DNA from: Deltaproteobacteria bacterium
GTDB lineage: Bacteria; Myxococcota; Myxococcia; Myxococcales; 40CM-4-68-19
Direction: 5' to 3'
Length of the DNA: 64,000 bases
Assembly: GCA_005879805.1 (NCBI GenBank)
Contig: VBKL01000048.1
Coordinates: 1,310 to 65,309 of the forward strand
Under the pieces are notes generated by a model that made no database searches, was not told where the DNA came from, and saw only the letters and a program-made list of their open reading frames with translations. Made by a program: the position numbers and the translations under genes. Below, one piece after another: positions 26,336 through 37,820 of this stretch (within the stretch, counting starts at the first letter, position 1; the number at the start of each line of letters is the position of its first letter).

Positions 26336-27189
26336 CTACGGCGCTCGAAGGCTGTTAGCTAGCTGTACTGCCCGGCGCAAGCCCGCGAAAGGCAGGCGGC
26401 GGAGCGCTTCGTCGATTTCGACCCATTCATGAGCATCGTGCTCGCCCGGATCGAGGCGCACCTCGGACGATTCCGGCACCCGCACCGCAAACGCGGTCTC
26501 GTGCGCGAACCGCGGCGGTCCTTCGCGCCGCACCACGGCCGGGTCCAGCGCGAAGGAGTGCACGTACCCGAGGTTCCGCACCTCGTCGAGCGTGGGGGCG
26601 AACCCGGTCTCCTCGTAAAGCTCGCGCGCTGCAGCGGCGTGCGCGGGCTCACCCGGCTCGCGCCGGCCGGTGAGGATCTGCCAGAAACCGCCCCGCTCGG
26701 GGGTCCGCCTCGCGAGGAGGACCTCGCGGCCGCGAAGCACGACGATGCTCACCGTCTCCAGCTCGGGCGGCACCTCGAAAGCTTCGGCCTCCCAGACGGC
26801 TGAGGAATTGGCGATGGCCCGTTCCTCGACCTCGGCCCGGTGCGGATCATCACCTCTTCCACCGAGGCGACGTATTTGCGCACGTCCTTGCGGTCGGGCT
26901 TCAGGTCGAGGATGGGATATCCGACCAGCTGTCCAGGCCCGTGGTACGTCACGTCGCCGCCGCGATCGGTCTCGAAGATCTCGAATCCGCGCGCCCCCAA
27001 CTGGTCGCGAGACCAGAGTACGTTGGAAGGCTGTGCGCCCCGGCCGAGGGTGACGACGCGGGGATGCTCGAGGAGGAGCAGCGTGTCGGGAATGGTTCCG
27101 GCGGCGCGAGCCTCGACGAGCAGGCGCTGGGCCCGAAGGCCGTCTTCGTACTCCACGAGCCCGAGGCGTCGGACGTGCAGCGCGCGCAT
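26336..27189 (-). pseudogene. lipB: LipB octanoyltransferase fused to a C-terminal Nudix domain; internal deletion and frameshift near 26838
   Basis: LLLEHP.V.TLGR and RGGDVTYHGPGQLVGYPI, then a frame switch into EVEE...FWQILTG..EPGE....AAARELYEETG (Nudix box). KI..IG, HG.ALN and PCG motifs are absent. Confidence 0.8.
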
Positions 27190-27422
27190 CGCGGGCGAAG
27201 ATAACGGACTCCCGCGATCGATGCGCGATGGGATCAAATGTCGGCGCGAAGGGGACGGATCGAACGCTTGACGGCACTTTCCAGGTGCTGCTGACCTGCG
27301 ACGGGTTTTCGAATTGCACCGGAGGTGGGTTTGCCTGTCCATTGCGGCCGCGTACCCGGTTGAGGGTATGTTCGCGTCTGGCGACGTCGTGCCAGACTGT
27401 GCTGTTCCGGAGAGGGGAATCC

Positions 27423-27965
27423 ATGCCGATGCGAAAGCTCTGGCTTGGGCTCGCTGGGCTCGCTCTGCTCGTCTCCGCCGGCTGTGCAGGGAAAGCCAAC
27501 GTCCAGACCCGCAAGCGCGCGGACTTCGATAAGAAGCTCGACCGGGTGCTGATCGTCTTCGCGCCCGAGCGGTTGGGCGATGACTTCGTGGTTGCCTTCA
27601 GGCCGCGCTTCGCAAAGCAGTTGCAGTCGCGCGGCGTCGAGTCGCAATACGCGATCGTCGAAGGCGAGCTGACCCTCGAGACGGCGCCTTCCCTCTCCGA
27701 GCAGGCGAAGGAGTTCCAGGCGACCTCCATCCTCTCGCTGCTCGCGGCGGGCGGCACCCTCAACAGCAACGGCTCGGTCGCCACGGCGAGACTCAACGGC
27801 AAGCTGATGGATCTCGGCCTCCGCAAGCTCGTCTGGCGGGCGGACATCGAGTACACTCCCGGCGGCACGCTGGTTTCCGTCGAGGAGCGGGCCGATGTAC
27901 TCGTCCGCGCCATCCTCGATGCCCTGGTCGCCGACGGCCTCATCTCGGAACAGCCGAAGGCTTGA
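27423..27965 (+). CDS. Putative lipoprotein
   Basis: MRKLWLGLAGLALLVSAGC lipobox; GAGGGG RBS upstream. Confidence 0.75.
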   Translation: MPMRKLWLGLAGLALLVSAGCAGKANVQTRKRADFDKKLDRVLIVFAPERLGDDFVVAFRPRFAKQLQSRGVESQYAIVEGELTLETAPSLSEQAKEFQATSILSLLAAGGTLNSNGSVATARLNGKLMDLGLRKLVWRADIEYTPGGTLVSVEERADVLVRAILDALVADGLISEQPKA

Positions 27966-27973
27966 TACCGCGG

Positions 27974-29044
27974 TCACTGCGCCGCGCCGGGCCTTCTCGC
28001 CTTGGGAACCGCCAGCATCTCCTCGCGCTCCTCGCGCAGGAACCAGGGAGGCGACGAGTAGACGTCCTCGAAGAGCGTCTCGCGGGGCGGATCGGGCTTC
28101 TTCTCCGCCTCGGCGATGGCCTCGTTCACCTCGCCGGCGAGCTTCTCGCGCAGCTCTTCGTCCTTGGCCTCGGTCCAGAGGCCGGCCGCGACGAGGCGGG
28201 TCCGGAACGCCTCGATGGGATCGCGCTTGCGCCAGATCTCCACCTCGCGCTCGTCGCGGTAGCGGGTAGGATCGTCCGACGAGCTGTGCGCGCCGATGCG
28301 GTAGGTCTCGCACTCCACCAGCGTGGGGCCCTGGCCCGCGCGGGCGCGATCGACTGCCGCCTTTACCGCGCCGTAGACCGCCTCGGCATCGTTGCCGTCG
28401 ACCTTGATGCCTTCGAATCCGTACGCGACGGCCTTGACGGCGATGCTTTCGCTCGCGGTCTGCTTCTGCGTCGGGATGCTGATCGCCCAGTGGTTGTTCT
28501 GGCAGACGAAGACGACCGGCGGCTTGAAGACGCCGGCGAAGTTCATCGCCACGTGGAAGTCGGCCGAGGAGGTGGCGCCGTCGCCCATGTACGCGGCCAC
28601 TACTGTCTTGTCTCCCTTGATGCGAGCGGCCATTGCGGCGCCCACCGCTTGCGGGAGCTGGCTCCCGATGCACGAGCTCCAGGAGACCTGGTTCACGCTT
28701 TTCGAGGCCATGTGCGACGGCATCTGCCGGCCCTTGGTCTCGTCGCCCGCGTTGCCGAAGATCTGGCAGAGGTAGGGGACCAGCGGGAAGCCGCGCAGGA
28801 GCATGGCGCCGCCTTCGCGGAGCGCGGGGAAGATCCAGTCGCCCGGCTCGAGGGCGGCGGCGGAAGCGATGGTGGACGCTTCCTGGCCGGTGCAGGCGCC
28901 GTAGAAGCCGACGCGCCCTTGCCGCTGCAGCGTCATCATCCGCTCGTCGAGAGTGCGCAGGCGAAGCATCTCGCGGTAGAGGCGGAGGAGCAATTCCGGC
29001 GCGACCCGCGGCGGCGCTCCTTCGATGCTCTTTGCCGTTCGCAT
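27974..29044 (-). CDS. 2-oxoacid (probably branched-chain) dehydrogenase E1 alpha
   Basis: LQRQGR.GFY, GQEA, KGRQMPSH, GDGATS...NN.WAIS ThDP motif, YRIGAHSSSDD. Confidence 0.93.
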   Translation of the reverse strand: MRTAKSIEGAPPRVAPELLLRLYREMLRLRTLDERMMTLQRQGRVGFYGACTGQEASTIASAAALEPGDWIFPALREGGAMLLRGFPLVPYLCQIFGNAGDETKGRQMPSHMASKSVNQVSWSSCIGSQLPQAVGAAMAARIKGDKTVVAAYMGDGATSSADFHVAMNFAGVFKPPVVFVCQNNHWAISIPTQKQTASESIAVKAVAYGFEGIKVDGNDAEAVYGAVKAAVDRARAGQGPTLVECETYRIGAHSSSDDPTRYRDEREVEIWRKRDPIEAFRTRLVAAGLWTEAKDEELREKLAGEVNEAIAEAEKKPDPPRETLFEDVYSSPPWFLREEREEMLAVPKARRPGAAQ

Positions 29045-29064
29045 GGGCGAGGGATTCTCCTTGG

Positions 29065-30393
<1,329 letters not shown>

Positions 30394-30446
30394 GAAGTCC
30401 TCCGGGGGCGTGCGTGCGGCCTTCTACCTCGAAGGTGTCGCAGGCG

Positions 30447-31421
30447 CTACGGCCGCCTTCCGCGAAGCTCGCCTAGTCCCTTACGGATGCGCGGAGCGAG
30501 GGGCAAGTAATCGTTCTCGAGCGTGTACGGGAACGGGGTATCCCAGCCGGCGATGCGCAGGATGGGCGCCTCGAGATGGTAGAAGCACCGCTCCTGCACG
30601 AGGGCCGCGATCTCGGCGCCGAAGCCGCAGGAGCGAGGCGCCTCGTGCACGATCGCGCAACGGCCGGTCTTCTGGACGCTGCGGGTGACCGTCTCGAGGT
30701 CGAGCGGCCAGAGCGTGCGCAGGTCGATCAACTCCGCGTCCAGGTCTGGCGATTCGGCGCAGGCGGCTTCCGCCTCGTGGAGCATCGCTCCGTAGGCGAG
30801 GACGGTCATGCCCTTGCCCTCGCGAACGACCTTCGCCTCGCCGATGGGAATCGTGTAATCGCCCTCCGGCACCTCGCCCTTCGCGGCCCGGTAGACGCGC
30901 TTCGGCTCGAGGAAGAGCACAGGGTCCTCGCCGCGGATGGCACTGAGGAGCAGCCCTTTCGCATCGACGGGATTCGAAGGGCACACCACCTGGAGCCCGC
31001 CCGCGTGGATGAAGAGCGCCTCCGGCGATTGCGAGTGGTAGTGACCGCCCTTGATTCCACCTCCGACCGGGGTGCGGATGACGAGCGGGGCGGAGTATTG
31101 CCCTCCCGAGCGGTAGCGGAGCTTCCCCAACTCGTTCACGATCTGATCGAAGGCGGGGAAGATGAAGTCGCTGAACTGGATCTCGGGCACCGGCTTGAGG
31201 CCGTACATGGCCATCCCGATGGCGGCGCCGATGATCCCGCCCTCCGCGAGCGGCGTATCGATGACGCGGGTCTCGCCGAATTCCTCGTAGAGCCCGGCGG
31301 TGGCGCGGAAGACGCCGCCGAACTTGCCGATGTCCTCGCCGAGGAGGACGACGCGCGGATCGCGCTTCATCTCGATCCTGAGTGCGTCGTTGACGGCCTG
31401 GATGATGTTCCACTGGGGCAT
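30447..31421 (-). CDS. 2-oxoacid dehydrogenase E1 beta
   Basis: GEDIGKFGGVFRAT, DTPLAE, EIQFSDF, HSQSPEA, IDLRTLWPLD; ATG 31421. Confidence 0.95.
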   Translation of the reverse strand: MPQWNIIQAVNDALRIEMKRDPRVVLLGEDIGKFGGVFRATAGLYEEFGETRVIDTPLAEGGIIGAAIGMAMYGLKPVPEIQFSDFIFPAFDQIVNELGKLRYRSGGQYSAPLVIRTPVGGGIKGGHYHSQSPEALFIHAGGLQVVCPSNPVDAKGLLLSAIRGEDPVLFLEPKRVYRAAKGEVPEGDYTIPIGEAKVVREGKGMTVLAYGAMLHEAEAACAESPDLDAELIDLRTLWPLDLETVTRSVQKTGRCAIVHEAPRSCGFGAEIAALVQERCFYHLEAPILRIAGWDTPFPYTLENDYLPLAPRIRKGLGELRGRRP

Positions 31422-31423
31422 GG

Positions 31424-32332
<909 letters not shown>

Positions 32333-32374
32333 GAGCGGGCGTACATAACCGAAAGCCGTGTTCAGTGCGAGCGG

Positions 32375-32608
32375 CTAGCGAACGTGCCGCGGTGTGACGG
32401 TGATGAAATGATCGAGGAAGCGGAGCGTGTTGGGCTTGGAGGGCAACGTCACGTTCCATTCCAGCGACGGACGGCGAATCGCGCACGTCCGCTCTTCGCG
32501 GTCGCTGTTCAGGACGCGCTCGCCGGCGACGGAGCCGAGCAGGATGGCGAGCGCCGCGAGCGAGCACCGCCTGTAGAGCCGGGCCTCGGACGCGGAAACC
32601 ACTTGCAT
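32375..32608 (-). CDS. Possible small hypothetical protein (77 aa)
   Basis: ATG 32608 preceded by GGAGGG; one hydrophobic stretch; no recognisable family. Confidence 0.35.
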   Translation of the reverse strand: MQVVSASEARLYRRCSLAALAILLGSVAGERVLNSDREERTCAIRRPSLEWNVTLPSKPNTLRFLDHFITVTPRHVR

Positions 32609-32734
32609 GACGCCCTCCAGGGTTCGGCCCCAAAACCCGCGGCCGGACCAGGCATTCCCAAGGGAGTGACCCGGGAGGGAATCCGGTTTCAAGGCTCCGT
32701 CCAGACTGCCGGATAACGACCGGAAGTCGGATAC

Positions 32735-34153
32735 TTAGATGTGGATCGGCTTGCCTTTCACGCCGTGCGCCGCTTCCGTCACCGCCTCGCTGAGCGTCGG
32801 GTGCGGGCGGATGACGTGGACCATCTCCTCGCTCGTCGCCTCGAGCCGCAGTAGCGACGCAGCATCGGCGATCAGCTCGGTTGCGCGCGGCCCGACGATG
32901 TGGACGCCCAGGACCTCGTCGTATTTCTCCTCCCCGACCACCTTCACCATGCCCTCGTTCGAGCCGAGGATCTTCGCCTTGGAGTTGGCGGAGAAGGGGA
33001 ACACGCCCGTCTTCACCTTGTAGCCGCGCTCCTTGGCGGCGCGCTCGGTGAGCCCGATCGATGCGACCTCGGGATCCGAATAGGTGGCGCCCGGGACGAG
33101 ATCGAGGTTCACCGGGTGGGGCTTCTGACCCGCGATGCGCTCCATCACGAAGATCCCTTCGGCCTGGGCAAGATGCGCGAGCTGTGGATGGACGCGGCCC
33201 GGCACCGCAACGACGTCGCCGATGGCGGAGAGCCAGTGCTCGCCGGTGAGCAAGGTGTTCGGATCGACGACCACGAAACCTCGTTCCACCTTCACGTTGG
33301 GGAACTTCTCCAGATCGAGGTTCTCGGTGACCGGGCGCCGGCCGACGGCACAGAGGAACATCTCCGCCTCGAGCTCCTGCGTACCCTTGGCGGTGGTGAC
33401 GGTCGCCTTCACTCCCGTCTCGGTGCGGTCCACCTTCTCCAGCTTGGCCGCGGTGAGGGCCTTGATGCCCCGGCGCCGGAATCCCTTCTCGAACTCGGCG
33501 GAGATGTCGTCATCTTCGAGCGGGACCAGCCGGGGAAGCCGCTCGACGATGGTCACATCGCTCCCGAACCGGCGAAAGACGGAAGCGAACTCGACTCCCA
33601 CCGCGCCGGCGCCGAGGACGATGAGGCGCTTGGGGACGATCTTGTTGTCGAGCAACTCGTCGCTCGTGACGATGTGCGCGCCATCCACCTTGAGACCGGG
33701 CAGAAGCCGCGGCGCGGAGCCGCTCGCGAGGACGATGTGTTTCGCCTCGACGGTCTGGTTTCCCGACGATCCGCCCGAGACGTTGATGCGCCCGGGCCCG
33801 GCGAGCCGGGCGTGGCCGTGCACGCGGTCGACCTTGTTCTTGCGGAAGAGGAACTCGACGCCCTTGGCGTTCGAGGTGACCATCTTCTCCTTGCGCTTCA
33901 AGACGCCGGCCATGTCGACCGAGATTTCGCCCTTCACCTCGATGCCGTGCTCCTTCGCCTCGCGCGCGGTGTCCAGCACCTCGGCGGAGTGGAGCAACGC
34001 TTTGGTGGGGATGCAGCCGCGCAAGAGGCAGGTGCCGCCGAGACGCTCGTCCTTCTCGATGCAGGCGACCTTGAGCCCCAGCTGCCCGGCACGGATCGCG
34101 GCGACGTAGCCGCCCGGTCCGGCCCCGATCACCGCGACGTCGTACTGAGGCAC
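32735..34153 (-). CDS. lpdA: Dihydrolipoamide dehydrogenase E3
   Basis: GAGPGGYVAA, GGTCLLRGCIPTK redox disulfide, HPTLSE. Confidence 0.97.
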   Translation of the reverse strand: MPQYDVAVIGAGPGGYVAAIRAGQLGLKVACIEKDERLGGTCLLRGCIPTKALLHSAEVLDTAREAKEHGIEVKGEISVDMAGVLKRKEKMVTSNAKGVEFLFRKNKVDRVHGHARLAGPGRINVSGGSSGNQTVEAKHIVLASGSAPRLLPGLKVDGAHIVTSDELLDNKIVPKRLIVLGAGAVGVEFASVFRRFGSDVTIVERLPRLVPLEDDDISAEFEKGFRRRGIKALTAAKLEKVDRTETGVKATVTTAKGTQELEAEMFLCAVGRRPVTENLDLEKFPNVKVERGFVVVDPNTLLTGEHWLSAIGDVVAVPGRVHPQLAHLAQAEGIFVMERIAGQKPHPVNLDLVPGATYSDPEVASIGLTERAAKERGYKVKTGVFPFSANSKAKILGSNEGMVKVVGEEKYDEVLGVHIVGPRATELIADAASLLRLEATSEEMVHVIRPHPTLSEAVTEAAHGVKGKPIHI

Positions 34154-34206
34154 TTCCCGCTCCTTTGCAGAAGGGCGCGTGGAAGTAGCCTCGGGCTACG
34201 GGCCTG

Positions 34207-34476
34207 TCAAGGTGGCCGTTGCGGGGTCGCGCGACCGCGGAAACGCACGGCGGAGCCGGCGCGCCTGGCCCAGCGGAGCCCTTGCTTGCCCACGTCCAAC
34301 GCCCGCGCCCGGAGACTTCGCGCCCAGGCGAAGTGGGCGCTGAGCAGGGTCAACCCGACGATGATCAGGGGCAGCCCGGGCCCGGGAAGGATGAGCAGCA
34401 GAACGCCCACGACCAGCAGCACGATCCCGATCGAGATCGTGAGCGCCTTGCGCGCGTGTGCGGTCAGCCTATCCAT
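34207..34476 (-). CDS. PGPGW-like small membrane protein
   Basis: Hydrophobic hairpin with LPGPG and LS.HF.WAR. Confidence 0.8.
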   Translation of the reverse strand: MDRLTAHARKALTISIGIVLLVVGVLLLILPGPGLPLIIVGLTLLSAHFAWARSLRARALDVGKQGLRWARRAGSAVRFRGRATPQRPP

Positions 34477-34531
34477 CTCGAAGGAGTGAGACTTTAGTCC
34501 TAGTTACGCAAGCGGAACGGCCGGGCTCGCA

Positions 34532-35398
34532 TCAGCCGCGCCTGACGGGGCTCAGGCCCGCCGATTCGCGGATGGCACTCGCAAGTCCGCCCCAGTCCCA
34601 GTTCTCGCGACCGCGGGCGAGCGCCGCAAGGAAATGATCGCGGGCGATTCCGGCCAGCGGGAGAGGCGAGCGCAACTCATCCGCCGCTTTCAGCATCAGG
34701 TTCACGTCCTTGAGGCCGAGCACCAGCGCGAATCCCGCCGGCTCGAGCTCGGTGTCGGCGATGCGGCCGCCGTAGCCGCGGACCGCCGGGGCGTCGAGGA
34801 ACGTCGAGCCGATGAACCGCATCACTTCCCGCGGATCGATGCCGCCCTTCTCGACCAGCGCCAGCGCTTCGCCCAAGGACTCGATGAGCGACAGGATGAC
34901 GAAGTTGCCCGTCAGCTTCACGAGGCTCGCCTGCCACGGCTCGGCGAGCGACAGCGATACCTTGCCGAGGGCGTCGAAGATCGTTGCGAGGCCGTCGGTC
35001 TCGCCCCCGGTCACGATCCAGAGCAGCTTCTTCTCCGCCGCCTCGGGACGGCCGAACACCGGTGCCGCGACATAGCGCTGGCCCCGGGCAGCGTGCTCGA
35101 ACGCGAGCCGCCGCGCGAGCGCGATGGAGATGGTGCTCATGCCGAGGTGGGTAGCTCCGCGCGGCAGATGCTCGTAGAGGACGTGGGCGGCCGACTCGAC
35201 CGCGGCGTCATCCGCGAGCATCGTCGCGACCACCTGGCAATCGCGCGCGACTTCCTCGATCGAGCGCTTCTCGGCGACGCCCGGCGGCGCCTTTGCTGGA
35301 GTCCGGTTCCAGCCGAGCACCTGGAACCCAGCCGAGGCGAGGTTGTGCGCCATCGGCCGTCCCATGCGGCCGAATCCGAGAAAGCCGATCGTGTCCAC
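34532..35398 (-). CDS. NAD(P)-dependent oxidoreductase, 3-hydroxyisobutyrate/6-phosphogluconate dehydrogenase family
   Basis: IGFLGFGRMG.PMA.NL, MSTIS, APVFG, KL..N, F.L.LGLKD. Confidence 0.9.
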   Translation of the reverse strand: MDTIGFLGFGRMGRPMAHNLASAGFQVLGWNRTPAKAPPGVAEKRSIEEVARDCQVVATMLADDAAVESAAHVLYEHLPRGATHLGMSTISIALARRLAFEHAARGQRYVAAPVFGRPEAAEKKLLWIVTGGETDGLATIFDALGKVSLSLAEPWQASLVKLTGNFVILSLIESLGEALALVEKGGIDPREVMRFIGSTFLDAPAVRGYGGRIADTELEPAGFALVLGLKDVNLMLKAADELRSPLPLAGIARDHFLAALARGRENWDWGGLASAIRESAGLSPVRRG

Positions 35399-35401
35399 GA
35401 G

Positions 35402-37012
35402 CTACCGCCCGAACAGGGCACGCAGTCGCGCGCCAAGTCCGTTTCCGATCAGCGTCCCGTAGACCTTGCGACCGAGCCGATATCCCTTCGCGCCGTACGG
35501 GTAGTACCAGAAGGCCGGGAAGTTGAAGCGCTCCAGGTTGACGTGGCGGACCTCGGAGAGATCGCGCAGGCCATGCTTGCCGTGCACCCGCCCGAGGCCC
35601 GAGGCCTTCACCCCGCCCCAAGGTGTCTCGGGCGCGGCGTGCGTGTAGAGCGCGTCGTTGTGCATCACCGTGCCGGCGAGAAGCTGGTTGGCGACCCGAT
35701 CCGCCCTCTCGCGATCGCGGGTGAAGACGTACGCTGAGAGGCCGTAGGGCGAGTCGTTGGCGAGGCGCACCGCCTCCTCTTCCGTGCGGAAGGTGAGGAT
35801 GGGGAGCATCGGCCCGAAGGTCTCGTCGCGGACGATGGCCATGTCCTGGGTGACGTCGGTGAGCACGGTGGGCTGCACGAAGCGGGCGCCGTCCAGCGTC
35901 ACCTTGATCTCGCCGCCCGCCAGCACCTTCGCGCCCCTCGCCTTCGCGTCCTCCAGGTGGCGGCGCACGATGTCGACCTGCATCTGCGTCGTCATCGCTC
36001 CCACGTCGACGTCGTGCCGGTTGGGCTCCCCCTGGCGCAATCCCTTGGCGATGCCGACCACCCGATCGGTGAACGGCTTCGCCACGCTCTCGTGCACGTA
36101 GACGCGCTCCACGGAGGCGCAGGTCTGGCCCGAATTGGCGAAGGCGCCCCAGGCCACCTTGCGCGCGGTCGTTTCCAGATCCGCATCGTCGAGCACGATG
36201 GCGGGATCCTTGCCGCCCAATTCGAGGACGCAGGGGATCATCTGCTCGGCCGCGGCGACGTTGACCTTGCGGCCTGTCGCCACCGACCCCGTGAAGACGA
36301 TCATGTTGACGCCCGACTGGATGAGCGCCGCTCCCACGTCGCCGCGCCCATGCACCACCTGGACGAGTCCCCGCGGCACTCCCGCTTCCTCGAGAAGACT
36401 GCGGAGCTTCTCGGCGATGAGCGGGGTGAACTCGCTCGGCTTCAGCACCACGCCGTTCCCGGCGAGAAGCGACATCACCACGTCCCCGCCGGGGATGGAG
36501 AAGGGATAGTTCCAGGGCGAGATGATGCCGATGACGCCGCGCGGGTAGTAGCGCAGGTAGCTCTTCTTGTGCGGGAACATGTGCAGCGGCAGCTTCTCGT
36601 CCCGCAGGATCTTCCGGGCGTGCTTGGCGAAATAGTGGGTCAGATCGGCGACGGGCAGCACCTCCATGAAGAGGGCTTCGTTCTTGGTCTTGCCGTTCTC
36701 GCGCACGATGAGGTCGCCGACCTCTTCGGCGCGGTCGAGGAGCAACTGCTTGAAGGCGAGAAGGATCGCCTCCCGGTCGCGCAGCGGACGGCCGCTCCCC
36801 TCCATTTGCGCGAGCCGGGCGGAGACCGCCGCCTCGCGGACCGGCGCAGGCGTCGAGACGCGCACCTCGCCGACCAGCTTGCCGCTTCCCGGCTCGTAGA
36901 CGGCGAGCGTGCCGTGCGGAGTCACCGTCCCTTGCGGGGGGCGAACCGACGGCGCGGAGTCGTCGAAAAGGGGACCGTCGAGCGGAAGGGCCTGCGAAGC
37001 GGTCTCGGCCAT
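35402..37012 (-). CDS. Aldehyde dehydrogenase
   Basis: ISPWNYP, KPSE.TP, FTGS, LELGGKDP, NSGQTC, ETFGP, PWGG.K.SG.GR. Confidence 0.95.
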   Translation of the reverse strand: MAETASQALPLDGPLFDDSAPSVRPPQGTVTPHGTLAVYEPGSGKLVGEVRVSTPAPVREAAVSARLAQMEGSGRPLRDREAILLAFKQLLLDRAEEVGDLIVRENGKTKNEALFMEVLPVADLTHYFAKHARKILRDEKLPLHMFPHKKSYLRYYPRGVIGIISPWNYPFSIPGGDVVMSLLAGNGVVLKPSEFTPLIAEKLRSLLEEAGVPRGLVQVVHGRGDVGAALIQSGVNMIVFTGSVATGRKVNVAAAEQMIPCVLELGGKDPAIVLDDADLETTARKVAWGAFANSGQTCASVERVYVHESVAKPFTDRVVGIAKGLRQGEPNRHDVDVGAMTTQMQVDIVRRHLEDAKARGAKVLAGGEIKVTLDGARFVQPTVLTDVTQDMAIVRDETFGPMLPILTFRTEEEAVRLANDSPYGLSAYVFTRDRERADRVANQLLAGTVMHNDALYTHAAPETPWGGVKASGLGRVHGKHGLRDLSEVRHVNLERFNFPAFWYYPYGAKGYRLGRKVYGTLIGNGLGARLRALFGR

Positions 37013-37184
37013 GGCTGCTCTCCTTGAGGTCCCGCCGTAACGCTCCTTGCCGCAGGATGTCAATGCAGCTTTCTCATCGGGGGGCCGGCTCCGCCTGCCC
37101 CCCGCACCCCCGCGGTCCGCCGCCGGGGACCCACGAGACCCGTCGTCGGCCCGCTTCCCGCCACGCCGGGTTTCGCCTTAGAAC

Positions 37185-37508
37185 ATGGTCCCGATGGAGT
37201 TGCGTTTGACAGGTGCGGCGGCCGAGGCGGTACGCGACCGGGCGCGGGAGGCGGGAGTGTCGGATCATCTGCTCCGCATCGCCGTGGTGGCGGGCGGGTG
37301 CAACGGACTCTCCTACGACCTCTACCTGGTGCCGGAGGCGCTTCCAGACGACGCCGTGGTCGAGTCGTGCGGCGTTCGCGTCGCGGTGGACACGGCGAGC
37401 GCGAGGCTCCTCGAGGGAACGCTGGTGGATCTGCGCGGCCGTTCCTTCGTCTTCCAGAACCCCAGGGCGCGCAAATCGTGCTCGTGCGGCGCGAGCTTCG
37501 AGGTCTAG
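37185..37508 (+). CDS. HesB/IscA family Fe-S cluster carrier
   Basis: LRI.V.AGGCNG.SY and NP.A..SCSCGASF. Confidence 0.9.
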   Translation: MVPMELRLTGAAAEAVRDRAREAGVSDHLLRIAVVAGGCNGLSYDLYLVPEALPDDAVVESCGVRVAVDTASARLLEGTLVDLRGRSFVFQNPRARKSCSCGASFEV

Positions 37509-37820
37509 ATGCCGAAGCTCCTCCGGACCCTAGCCGCGATCCTCACCGTCGCGGTGCTCACTTGCCTCGTCGGGTTCGTGAGGGCACGCGTCACCGGACC
37601 GGCGGAGTCGGCCCGCGGCTGGATGATCGGCCTTCTCGTCTGTTTCGGCGCGATGGGGCTCGCGGCGCTCTACATGGCGGCGGTCGGCGTCTACCACACC
37701 ATCCTGGCGCTCTTCGGCTGGGACGGCGGCCCGGGCATCCTGCGCAAGAACCCGCACTACCTTCCAGGAAGCGACGAACCCCTGGCGGACGACACGCCGC
37801 TCAAACCTCCGCTCAACTGA
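37509..37820 (+). CDS. Small membrane protein
   Basis: Two hydrophobic helices; start codon abuts the stop of the IscA-family gene. Confidence 0.6.
   Translation: MPKLLRTLAAILTVAVLTCLVGFVRARVTGPAESARGWMIGLLVCFGAMGLAALYMAAVGVYHTILALFGWDGGPGILRKNPHYLPGSDEPLADDTPLKPPLN

Noticed and set aside
24355-26845. Programmed ribosomal frameshifts in glcD and lipB
   Set aside because: No slippery sequence is visible, and conserved coding sequence is missing at both junctions.
27376-27398. Imperfect inverted repeat GTCTGGC...GCCAGAC upstream of the lipoprotein gene
   Set aside because: It could be an operator, but it is a single occurrence with no assignable regulator.
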